This document shows positions 47,699-56,107 of a stretch of 64,000 bases of DNA, piece by piece. Origin of the DNA: Candidatus Hadarchaeota archaeon (GTDB lineage: Archaea; CAYQAE01; CAYVLA01); assembly GCA_964452145.1 (NCBI GenBank), contig CAYVLA010000001.1:63690-127689 (forward strand). Reading direction: 5' to 3'. Position numbers and translations under genes: made by a program. The stretch's first letter is position 1, and every line of letters begins with the position of its first letter. A model generated the notes under the pieces. The model had not been told where the DNA came from. It saw only the letters and a program-made list of their open reading frames with translations, and did no database searches.

Positions 47699-47703
47699 CC
47701 GGG

Positions 47704-47811
47704 CTATTCCTCCTCAGCCGGGCGCAGAAGAAGCCATGAGTAGAACATGAGCGCGATCGAAATGAAAATGACCATGAACATTATGATTATAAAAATGCCG
47801 CCCATTCTCAT
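47704..47811 (-). CDS. 35-aa single-pass membrane peptide
   Basis: Hand translation MRMGGIFIIIMFMVIFISIALMFYSWLLLRPAEEE. GGGGTGA RBS and a TTTATAT TATA-like box ~70 bp upstream. Confidence 0.6.
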   Translation of the reverse strand: MRMGGIFIIIMFMVIFISIALMFYSWLLLRPAEEE

Positions 47812-48010
47812 TTGCTTTTCACCCCGTTCGCTGGTATCGAGTTAGACTCCCTGCTGCATTCGAGCCTGGAGATTGAGATATAAATGTTACGATGTGAATA
47901 TGAATATGGGGGCGCAAGCTACGGGAGAACCGGTTCATAGCGCACGGAAGTGCACCCCACATGCTCCCGACCCCGCAGATGCAAATGCCTTAAATCTGAG
48001 ATGAGGCTCC

Positions 48011-48670
48011 TTGGGCAGAAATCGTAGGTATCAGACGTGGGTCACCTTCTCACTGATCCTCGCGAACGTAGTTGTGTTCATGACCACGGTGGACGAGAAT
48101 CTCCAGCTCAGGGAAGAGATCGCCTTCCAGAACGGCTTCGTCCCATCTCTGTTCTTTCATGGGCGCCACCTCCCCTCAATACTGACGCACATGTTTCTAC
48201 ACGCGGAGGTGACCCATCTGCTGTCCAACATGTTTGCCCTACTCTGGATTGGCATATCCCTCGAATCCAGGATAGGTTGGAGACGATTCCTGGCCGTATA
48301 CTTGGCATCTGGGTTCCTAGCAGCCCTGGTCTTCGGGGCACTTGATCCGACATCCGCTCGACCCGCTGTGGGAGCCTCGGCCTGCATATTCGGACTCATG
48401 GGGAACCTGGTGCTGCTCTACCCGGGCAGTCTGGTCTTCATCCTGGTAATTCCAGTTCCGGTGATGCTCATTGCGATCTTCTACGCGTTCACCACGATAG
48501 CCTTCATCCAGAGGGGTGACGTGGGTCCCGTTGGCCATGTCGCCCACCTTGCAGGGATGGTCAGCGGGATGATCCTCGCCTTCCTCATGAGCCCCGAGGA
48601 TGCCCTCAAGGGGCTGTCCATCTTCATCCTGTGCTTTCTAGCTATCGTTGTCATGATCCAGCTTCTGTAG
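48011..48670 (+). CDS. Rhomboid family intramembrane serine protease
   Basis: HMFLH...HL.SNM, GASA (Ser) and AHLAG (His) motifs. Confidence 0.92.
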   Translation: MGRNRRYQTWVTFSLILANVVVFMTTVDENLQLREEIAFQNGFVPSLFFHGRHLPSILTHMFLHAEVTHLLSNMFALLWIGISLESRIGWRRFLAVYLASGFLAALVFGALDPTSARPAVGASACIFGLMGNLVLLYPGSLVFILVIPVPVMLIAIFYAFTTIAFIQRGDVGPVGHVAHLAGMVSGMILAFLMSPEDALKGLSIFILCFLAIVVMIQLL

Positions 48671-48749
48671 CTGGGGCTCCTGCACCGATCGCATGTGGCC
48701 GTTGAACGTTGGCATCAACATTAAAGAGTCTCCTGGAGGACGCTCGACC

Positions 48750-49673
48750 ATGAAGATCCTGGTTACTGGCGGCGCAGGTTTCATCGGCTCCAATCTGGCC
48801 AACCACCTTGTCGGTGGCGGTGACGAAGTCAGGGTTCTGGACGACTACAGCCTCGGTGTTCCGGCCAATCTGACCAAAAACGCAGAAGCAATGAAGGGAT
48901 CGGTCACGGACCCTTCCGCCGTTGCCCGGGCCGTCCAAGGGGTAGAGATCATCTTTCACCTAGCCGCCCGCAGCAGCGTGACGATGATCGACGACGATCC
49001 TATCAGCGGAGAGGAGGTCAATGTCGGAGGTTTCCTGCGGATTCTTGAGGCTGGACGCAAAGCCGGCGTTTCCAGGGTTGTCTACGCTTCGACAAGCAGC
49101 ATGTACAGCGGGGTTAGGCCTCCTCACAGGGAGGATGCGGTCTTGCGTCCCGGGACGCTTTACGAGCAGAACTTCTATGCCCGGGAACAGATAGGTGCCA
49201 TCTATTCGAGGATCTATGGACTAGAGACCGTGGGCATGCGGTTCTTCAGCGTCTACGGCCCTAACGAGTGGCACAAAGGAAGGTACGCCAACCTGGTCAG
49301 CCAGTTCATCTGGACGATGATGAAGGGCGAGGTGCCTGTAATCTACGGTGATGGCTCTCAGACCAGGGACTTCACCCATGTGAGAGACGTCTGCGAGGCC
49401 TTGGTTCTGGCTTCAAAGAAAGAAGGAGTGAGCGGAGAGGTCTTTAACGTGTGCACGGGCACCAGCAACAGCCTCAATGATCTGGTGAATACGATTGCAG
49501 CTGAACTCGGAATTGGCGTGAAACCGAAGTACATGGCAAACCCTTTGAAGAGCTACGTGGCGCACACCCTGGGGGATCCTCAGAAGGCCAGGAACATGTT
49601 AGGCTTCCAGGCCAGGATCGATCTCCGCAGTGGCATTCGGGAACTCATCGAGCTTGAGCGCAGGAGGGCTTAG
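48750..49673 (+). CDS. NAD-dependent epimerase/dehydratase
   Basis: TGGAGFIG, YASTSS, RFFSVYGP and GDGSQTRDF motifs. The catalytic YxxxK appears as YEQNF (Lys missing). Confidence 0.9.
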   Translation: MKILVTGGAGFIGSNLANHLVGGGDEVRVLDDYSLGVPANLTKNAEAMKGSVTDPSAVARAVQGVEIIFHLAARSSVTMIDDDPISGEEVNVGGFLRILEAGRKAGVSRVVYASTSSMYSGVRPPHREDAVLRPGTLYEQNFYAREQIGAIYSRIYGLETVGMRFFSVYGPNEWHKGRYANLVSQFIWTMMKGEVPVIYGDGSQTRDFTHVRDVCEALVLASKKEGVSGEVFNVCTGTSNSLNDLVNTIAAELGIGVKPKYMANPLKSYVAHTLGDPQKARNMLGFQARIDLRSGIRELIELERRRA

Positions 49674-51061
49674 CCGGTCAGCAGAGCTCTGCCCGCTGCG
49701 AGAAGCTCATCGACTGCCTCATCGGTGGAAGCCTCAGCATAGATCCTCGCCACGGGCTCTGTGCCGGAGGGTCGGACCAGAAGCCATCCGTTGCCCTCGA
49801 AGTAGACCTTGAGGCCGTCGATCTTGACGATCTTGGTGATCTTCCTTCCTGCCAGATCCCCGAGATCTCGAGCCGCCTTGCCGAGTTTGTCGGGCATGCC
49901 ATCGGGGATATCCACCTGGGTTCTCCTGCCAACAAAGGTGCCGAACTCGGCGGAGAAGGCATCTAACAACCCGTTGATGCTCTGCTGTCGCTGGGCTAGT
50001 AGTTCGACAATGCGCAGAGATGCAAGGATGCCGTCCTTCTCCGGGATGTGGTCCCAGTATCCGAAGCCTCCCGATTCCTCTCCCCCGATAACGGCCTTCT
50101 GTTCGACCAGATAGGGTGCGATGTACTTGAAGCCGACCGGCACCTCGTAAACCGGCACCTTCAGCTTCCCGCCAATGCGATCGACCGCCGCCGTTGTTGC
50201 CACTGAACGCACGATCCCGCCTCTCTTCCGTTGCTGTACCTTCTGGGCGAGGAGGGGAAACAGCATGTTGGGCGAGATGAACCGCCCGTCCGGACCTATC
50301 GCGGATATGCGGTCCCCGTCCCCGTCCGTGGCGAGCCCCACCGAGGCTCCCGTTTCCACCACCTTCTCCTTCAGGTCGGAGAGCCTTTCCTCCGTGGGGT
50401 CGGGCTGGGCCCCTCCGAAGGTCGGGTCCGGATCGGAATTCATGGTGACGACCTCGATGCCGAAACTCCGCAGCAACCGGTCGACATACCCTCTACCGGT
50501 TCCGTGCATGGGGTCGTAGACAACTTTTATACCCGAGGTTGAGAGGGCAACCGCACCCAGCATCGCCCTGACGTGCTCGAAGTAAGGCGGGAAAGGGTCT
50601 ATCCTCACTATCTCTCCTTTCCGGGCTTCCGCGACCGCCGCCTGCTCGCCTTGATCGAAGAGGGTCTGGATTCTTCCAGTTATCTTCTCGTCGGCCGGAC
50701 CTGCATAGCTGGGGATGAACTTCAACCCATTCCATTCGGACGGATTGTGAGACGCCGTGATCATGATGCCCCCAGACGCGGCCCAGTGTTTGACGGAATA
50801 AGCGATCACGGGGGTGGGAGAGTCCCGTCCTGGCATCAGAACGGTGAACCCATAGGAACAGGCCACCTCCGCCGCTTTCATGGCGAAGAGCTCCGAGTTC
50901 ACTCTGGTGTCAAAGCCGATGGCAAGGCGATTGGCGGACGGAGAGTGTCCCGCCTCTGTGAGGTACTGGCAGATCGATCTCACCAGGGTCTCGAGATTCT
51001 CGACGGTGAAGTCGCCGTCCATTCGGGCGCGCCACCCATCTGTGCCGAAGGATATGGGCAT
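49670..51061 (-). CDS. Phosphoglucomutase/phosphomannomutase
   Basis: FGTDGWR, TASHNP, DGDGDR, GGEESGG and RPSGTEP motifs. Confidence 0.93.
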   Translation of the reverse strand: MPISFGTDGWRARMDGDFTVENLETLVRSICQYLTEAGHSPSANRLAIGFDTRVNSELFAMKAAEVACSYGFTVLMPGRDSPTPVIAYSVKHWAASGGIMITASHNPSEWNGLKFIPSYAGPADEKITGRIQTLFDQGEQAAVAEARKGEIVRIDPFPPYFEHVRAMLGAVALSTSGIKVVYDPMHGTGRGYVDRLLRSFGIEVVTMNSDPDPTFGGAQPDPTEERLSDLKEKVVETGASVGLATDGDGDRISAIGPDGRFISPNMLFPLLAQKVQQRKRGGIVRSVATTAAVDRIGGKLKVPVYEVPVGFKYIAPYLVEQKAVIGGEESGGFGYWDHIPEKDGILASLRIVELLAQRQQSINGLLDAFSAEFGTFVGRRTQVDIPDGMPDKLGKAARDLGDLAGRKITKIVKIDGLKVYFEGNGWLLVRPSGTEPVARIYAEASTDEAVDELLAAGRALLTG

Positions 51062-51161
51062 GGAATCCGCTCCAAGCCACCCCGCATTCCAATAAAAATA
51101 TGCCCGTCTGATGAAGGACGCGTTGGAAGGCCCTGAACACCTTTTTCAACCACATGGAAAG

Positions 51162-51758
51162 ATGTTAGTGGTGATGGGACGCCTCCTTGCTCCAACCCTC
51201 GCCACGGTGCTTTTGTGCTTGCAGCTGGTTGCTGCGAGCAGTTCAGGCCAACTGCTTTCCCTGTTTCCCGAGGGTCTTGACGGTTTCTCGGCTGTTGAGG
51301 ACGGACTCACCTTCTGCGTGGCCGATAATCTCACGTCGATCTATGACGGCGGCTACATGATCTACGTGGACAGGGGTGTGGTTATGGCCGCCTCCCAGTT
51401 CTACACGAAGGACTCCTCCTACTACACCATCGCTCTGCACTGGATGAACAGCCGGGAAAACTCCTCCGGGATACTGGCCTACTTCAGGGACCTGTTGGGC
51501 CCGGGTGCTCCAAACATGAGGAACCTGGACCTGGGGGACGGTGGCTTTGAGTATTCTGATGACTACATGCGATACATGTACCTGATCCAGGGAAGGGTGT
51601 TCGCTACCATCGCCGGTGAGAAGGACACGACGGATCGCGCCGCCCGACTCTCGGCAGAGAGCATCGTCCAGAAGGCCATTCGCGAGCCTATCTTGGCAGT
51701 TCTTCTTGCATTTCTGCTCTTGGCACCCTGCCACAGATGGGCGAAGGTGGGGTCCTGA
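51162..51758 (+). CDS. Secreted/anchored hypothetical protein (DUF6599-like) with C-terminal hydrophobic tail
   Basis: Signal peptide, NL..IYDGG...Y...G motif, and tail IREPILAVLLAFLLL..HRW.K. Confidence 0.6.
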   Translation: MLVVMGRLLAPTLATVLLCLQLVAASSSGQLLSLFPEGLDGFSAVEDGLTFCVADNLTSIYDGGYMIYVDRGVVMAASQFYTKDSSYYTIALHWMNSRENSSGILAYFRDLLGPGAPNMRNLDLGDGGFEYSDDYMRYMYLIQGRVFATIAGEKDTTDRAARLSAESIVQKAIREPILAVLLAFLLLAPCHRWAKVGS

Positions 51759-51848
51759 TTCGGCTAGTGCCGTAGATGAAATTACTTTTTGCCGATACAC
51801 TTATTAGCCCCCCTCCCCGCACGGGGACCCTGATCCGGAGATGATCGG

Positions 51849-52901
51849 TTGAATGTGGGCATAGTTGGATACGGTGCCTACGTCCCCAGGTACAGAATCA
51901 GGTCGGCGGACATAGCGCTCATGTGGGGGCAGGACCCCGCAGCGATCCAGAACGGGCTCGGAATAATCGAGAAGGCCGTGCCAGGCATGGATGAGGACAC
52001 GATCACGATCTCGGTTGAGGCTGCCAGGTACGCCCTGCAGCGAGCCAAGATCCCCCCGGAGGAGATAGGCGCGCTGTACATCGGATCCGAGTCGCACCCC
52101 TACGCCGTCAAACCGAGCGGGACGGTGGTTGCCGCGGCCATCGGCGCAGGAAAGCGCATGATGTCTGCGGACTACGAATTCGCCTGCAAGGCGGGAACGG
52201 CGGGGATCCAGACCTGCATGGGGCTTGTCGCGTCCGGAGCCATCAGATACGGAATGGCCATCGGCGCAGACACTGCCCAAGGAGCACCCGGCGATCCCTT
52301 GGAGTACTCCGCTGCGGGAGGAGGAGCAGCCTTCATCGTCGGTCCAGATGACGAGGCAAATGTTGCCAGACTCGAATGCACAACTTCGATGACTACGGAC
52401 ACGCCAGACTTCTGGAGAAGGGAAGCGCAGCCCTATCCCAAGCACGGTGGAAGGTTCACCGGAGAGCCAGCTTACTTCAAGCACGTGATCGAAACCACCA
52501 AGATGATGATGCAGGACACCCACACCAAGCCCGAGGACTTCGACTACGCAGTCTTCCACATGCCCAACAAGAAGTTCCCCGAGAGGGCTTCGAAGATCCT
52601 AGGCTTCAAGAGCGAGCAGGTCGACCCAGGCCTCGTCGTGGAGGTCATAGGCAACACATATTCCGGGTCTTCCCCGCTGGGACTCTGCTCGGTGTTCGAT
52701 ATCGCAAAGCCCGGAGACCGAATAATCCTGACCAGCTACGGGTCCGGGGCCGGGAGCGATGGTTTCGTGATGACCGTTCAGAAAGGAATAGAGGAGAGGA
52801 GAGGGCTGGCACCCCTTACTCGGGACCTCATCAACCGCAAGAAGTACATCGACTACGCCACCTACGCCAAGTACCGAGAGAAGCTGATCTTTGCGGAGTG
52901 A
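51849..52901 (+). CDS. Hydroxymethylglutaryl-CoA synthase (archaeal type)
   Basis: [19 protein letters not shown] (catalytic Cys), [18 protein letters not shown] and SYGSGAGSD motifs. Confidence 0.95.
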   Translation: MNVGIVGYGAYVPRYRIRSADIALMWGQDPAAIQNGLGIIEKAVPGMDEDTITISVEAARYALQRAKIPPEEIGALYIGSESHPYAVKPSGTVVAAAIGAGKRMMSADYEFACKAGTAGIQTCMGLVASGAIRYGMAIGADTAQGAPGDPLEYSAAGGGAAFIVGPDDEANVARLECTTSMTTDTPDFWRREAQPYPKHGGRFTGEPAYFKHVIETTKMMMQDTHTKPEDFDYAVFHMPNKKFPERASKILGFKSEQVDPGLVVEVIGNTYSGSSPLGLCSVFDIAKPGDRIILTSYGSGAGSDGFVMTVQKGIEERRGLAPLTRDLINRKKYIDYATYAKYREKLIFAE

Positions 52902-52906
52902 TGGAA

Positions 52907-54064
52907 ATGAAGAAAGTCGCCATAATCGGGGTCGGGATGACCGATTTCGGGGAGCTCTGGGAGAGATCGCTCCGGGACCTGACGGTTCAAGCCGGACTCG
53001 AGGCCATCAGGGACTCGGGACTGCCGGGAGAGGAGATAGATGCGCTTTACGCTGGTTGCATGTCGAGCGGGATATTCGTCCAGCAAGAACACATTGCGAG
53101 CATCTTGGCGGACTACTGCGGACTGGTCCCCATATCAGCCACGAGAGTGGAGGGTGCCTGCGCTTCCGGCGGGATCGCGCTTCGTCAGGCGATCATGGCC
53201 GTTGCCTCCGGGATGCATGACGTCGTCGTCGCGGGCGGGGTGGAGAAGATGACCGATATCCTGACGGAGCAGACCACGATGGCCTTGGCCTGCGCGGCTG
53301 ATCGAGAATGGGAAGCCTTCCAAGGGGCGACATTCCCCGGTCTCTATGCAATGATGACCCGCAGACATATGCACGAGTTCGGCACAACCGAGGAACAGCT
53401 CTCACTCGTGGCCGTCAAGAACCATGAGAACGGATCCAAGAACCCGCATGCCCAATACCGCAAGCCGGTGACCTTGGACCAGGTGCTGAACAGCTCCATG
53501 ATCGCCGACCCCATAAGACTTCTGCACTGCTCACCCATAAGCGACGGCGCTGCAGCGGTCGTGGTCTGCTCGGAGGAGAAGGTCAAGGATGCTCAGAAGG
53601 AGCCCGTCTGGGTGGTTGGCTCGGGCCAGGCCTCGGATACGATTGCATTGCACGATCGAGACCAGATAACGACTATGAAGGCCACCGTGGTCGCGGGGAG
53701 GCAGGCCCTCGACATGGCCGGCATAGGCCCCAAGGACGTGGATCTGGTCGAGGTACACGACTGCTTCACAATAGCCGAAATCATGGCGATAGAGGATCTG
53801 GGATTCTTCGAGAAAGGCGAGGGGGGAAGGGCGACTGAGGAGGGACTGACCTCTCTCAACAGCCAGATCTCGGTCAACCCCGGCGGTGGGTTGAAGTCAA
53901 AGGGCCATCCGGTGGGGGCAACCGGGATCGCCCAGGTGGTGGAGGCCGTTCTACAGCTCAGGGGTGCCGCGGGGGCTCGGCAGGTCTCGGACGCAGAGAT
54001 CGCCATGACGCACAACGTCGGCGGGTCGGGCGGGACCTGCGTCACCCACGTACTCACGAGGTGA
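52907..54064 (+). CDS. Acetyl-CoA acetyltransferase (thiolase, archaeal type)
   Basis: VEGACASGG, CSPISDGAAA, EVHDCF, KGHPVGATG and HNVGG motifs. Start 52901 or 52907. Confidence 0.95.
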   Translation: MKKVAIIGVGMTDFGELWERSLRDLTVQAGLEAIRDSGLPGEEIDALYAGCMSSGIFVQQEHIASILADYCGLVPISATRVEGACASGGIALRQAIMAVASGMHDVVVAGGVEKMTDILTEQTTMALACAADREWEAFQGATFPGLYAMMTRRHMHEFGTTEEQLSLVAVKNHENGSKNPHAQYRKPVTLDQVLNSSMIADPIRLLHCSPISDGAAAVVVCSEEKVKDAQKEPVWVVGSGQASDTIALHDRDQITTMKATVVAGRQALDMAGIGPKDVDLVEVHDCFTIAEIMAIEDLGFFEKGEGGRATEEGLTSLNSQISVNPGGGLKSKGHPVGATGIAQVVEAVLQLRGAAGARQVSDAEIAMTHNVGGSGGTCVTHVLTR

Positions 54065-54070
54065 TGGAGA

Positions 54071-54463
54071 ATGGGAGTCCCAAGGTTTTGGAGGGAGATA
54101 CCGTACAGATACCAGATGATCGGCACAAGGTGCACTAAGTGCAATGGGGCTTTCTTCCCGCCCAGGATCATATGTCCGACGTGCCGTGGATCGGGCAAGA
54201 TAGAGGAGGTGAAGTTCTCGGGCAAGGGTCAGGTGTTCACGTACACCGTCGTGCGGGTGCCCCCTGAAGGCTACGAGAGGCAGGCGCCCTATGTGGTGGC
54301 CATCATCAGGCTGGATGAAGGCCCTAGGATCACCTCCCAGGTGGTTGACTGCGAGCCCGAGGAGGTCGGCATCGGGACCCGCGTAAGGGCAGTGTTTCGT
54401 AGGATCTCCGAGGAAGGCCCCGCGGGCGCGATCTACTACGGATACAAGTTCGTCTTGGAGTAG
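54071..54463 (+). CDS. DUF35 (Zn-ribbon plus OB-fold) scaffold protein
   Basis: CTKC..FPPR.ICPTC, G.VFTYT, and YGYKF motifs. Confidence 0.93.
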   Translation: MGVPRFWREIPYRYQMIGTRCTKCNGAFFPPRIICPTCRGSGKIEEVKFSGKGQVFTYTVVRVPPEGYERQAPYVVAIIRLDEGPRITSQVVDCEPEEVGIGTRVRAVFRRISEEGPAGAIYYGYKFVLE

Positions 54464-54470
54464 GATATCC

Positions 54471-55739
54471 TTGTCCTCCAGCCGGGTTCCGGGATTCTAC
54501 AAGCTGCCGATGAACGATCGCCTTCTCAGCGTGAAGGAGATCTGCGGCCTGAGCGAGGAAGAGGCGGCAGCGATAGCCAGGATGGGCAGCCTCGCGCCCG
54601 ATCAGGCCGACCGCATGATCGAGAACGTCATCGGCAGCACCGAGCTTCCCTTGGCCGTGGCGACCAACTTCATCATAAACGGGCGGGAGCGCCTGATCCC
54701 CATGGCCATCGAGGAGCCCTCGGTCGTTGCGGCGGCCAGCAACGCCGCCAAGATGGCGAGGGAAAGGGGGGGCTTCAGGGCCCAGGGTGGTGACCCCATA
54801 ATGATCGGCCAGATCCAGTTATGTGATCTCAAAGATCCCCATGCGAGGGCGCTGCAGATCCTTGAACACAAGCCCCAGATCATCAAGCTGGCCAATGACC
54901 AGGACCCGGTGCTTGTGGGTGCAGGCGGGGGTGTCAAGGATCTTGAGTGTCAGGTCATCGACACCTTTCGGGGAAGCATGCTGATAGTGCACCTCCTCGT
55001 CGACACGCGGGATGCCATGGGCGCCAATGCCGTGAACACCATGGCCGAGGCAGTGGCTCCGTACCTGGTCGAGATCACCGGGGGTCGCGCTAACCTCAGG
55101 ATAATCAGCAACCTGGCGACCAAGCGCCTGACCAGAGCCTGGGCCACGTTTCCCAAGGAGGAGCTGGGAGGCCAGGAGGTCGTTGAGCGCATAGTCGAGG
55201 CCTATGCCTTCGCCGCCGCAGATCCTTACCGTGCGGCGACCCACAACAAGGGGGTGATGAACGGCATTGTCGCGGTCGGCCTTGCTACGATGAACGACAC
55301 GCGCGCTCTGGAAGCTGGTGCTCACGCCTATGCATCCCTGGGCGGCCGGTACAAACCGCTGACCCAGTGGGAGCAGGACTCGGCGGGGGATCTGGTCGGA
55401 AGCATAGAGCTTCCCCTCGCTGTCGGGCTAAGAGCCGCCACCGCGGTACATCCCGTCGCGAAGGCTGCGATCGCGATACTTGGCGTGAGAAGTGCTCAGG
55501 AACTGTCACAAGTCATGGCAGCCGTCGGCTTGGCTCAGAACCTAGCCGCCCTCAAGGCCTTGACCACCGAAGGCATTCAGAGAGGGCATATGTCTCTGCA
55601 TGCCAGGAACATTGCGATCCTAGCGGGAGCCGAGGGAGAGGAGATCGACTCCCTCGCTGAGGCCCTAGCATCGGAACGAAAGGTGAGGCTGGACAGGGCA
55701 AGGGAGTTGCTTGCCCAGATGAGAAACAAGCGACACTAG
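54471..55739 (+). CDS. mvaA: Hydroxymethylglutaryl-CoA reductase, class II
   Basis: ENVIG, EEPSVVAA, DAMGAN, THNKG, GLAQN and GHMSLH motifs. Confidence 0.93.
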   Translation: MSSSRVPGFYKLPMNDRLLSVKEICGLSEEEAAAIARMGSLAPDQADRMIENVIGSTELPLAVATNFIINGRERLIPMAIEEPSVVAAASNAAKMARERGGFRAQGGDPIMIGQIQLCDLKDPHARALQILEHKPQIIKLANDQDPVLVGAGGGVKDLECQVIDTFRGSMLIVHLLVDTRDAMGANAVNTMAEAVAPYLVEITGGRANLRIISNLATKRLTRAWATFPKEELGGQEVVERIVEAYAFAAADPYRAATHNKGVMNGIVAVGLATMNDTRALEAGAHAYASLGGRYKPLTQWEQDSAGDLVGSIELPLAVGLRAATAVHPVAKAAIAILGVRSAQELSQVMAAVGLAQNLAALKALTTEGIQRGHMSLHARNIAILAGAEGEEIDSLAEALASERKVRLDRARELLAQMRNKRH

Positions 55740-55795
55740 GCCCCCGCCAGACAGGAAGAGATTTATTGGCCGGAAACCTTGCGAAAACGACGGCC

Positions 55796-56107
55796 ATGGA
55801 TATCCTAACCGACACCATGGTGTGGCTCATAGAAAGGGGAAGCACGCTCTTCCTGCAGGTGGGAAGATGGGCTAGCAGAACCGTTGTAGGTATGCTGGAC
55901 TTCTTCAGCGAGAAGGTGGTGAGCGGGCTTAACCTAGTCGCCAACTTGGCGGAGAAGGCCATCCAGAACCCCGTCAGAGCCGCAACCTATCTTGCCACGG
56001 CCATCATCATTGTCCTACTCATCCTAGCCATAGAGATATACTTCTACGACCTGATCAAGCGTAGGCGACCAGCGGTTCGTCAGCAGTCCGGCGTCTCAGG
56101 CCCTTAG
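55796..56107 (+). CDS. Hypothetical membrane protein
   Basis: Amphipathic N-terminus, C-terminal TM helix, then KRRR. Confidence 0.55.
   Translation: MDILTDTMVWLIERGSTLFLQVGRWASRTVVGMLDFFSEKVVSGLNLVANLAEKAIQNPVRAATYLATAIIIVLLILAIEIYFYDLIKRRRPAVRQQSGVSGP

Noticed and set aside
52376..52906. Apparent N-terminal fusions on thiolase (also nagB 32736-33047, aroA 39574-39885 and thiC 2268-2480)
   Set aside because: The extensions overlap other real genes or promoters, and proper RBS/start pairs lie downstream.
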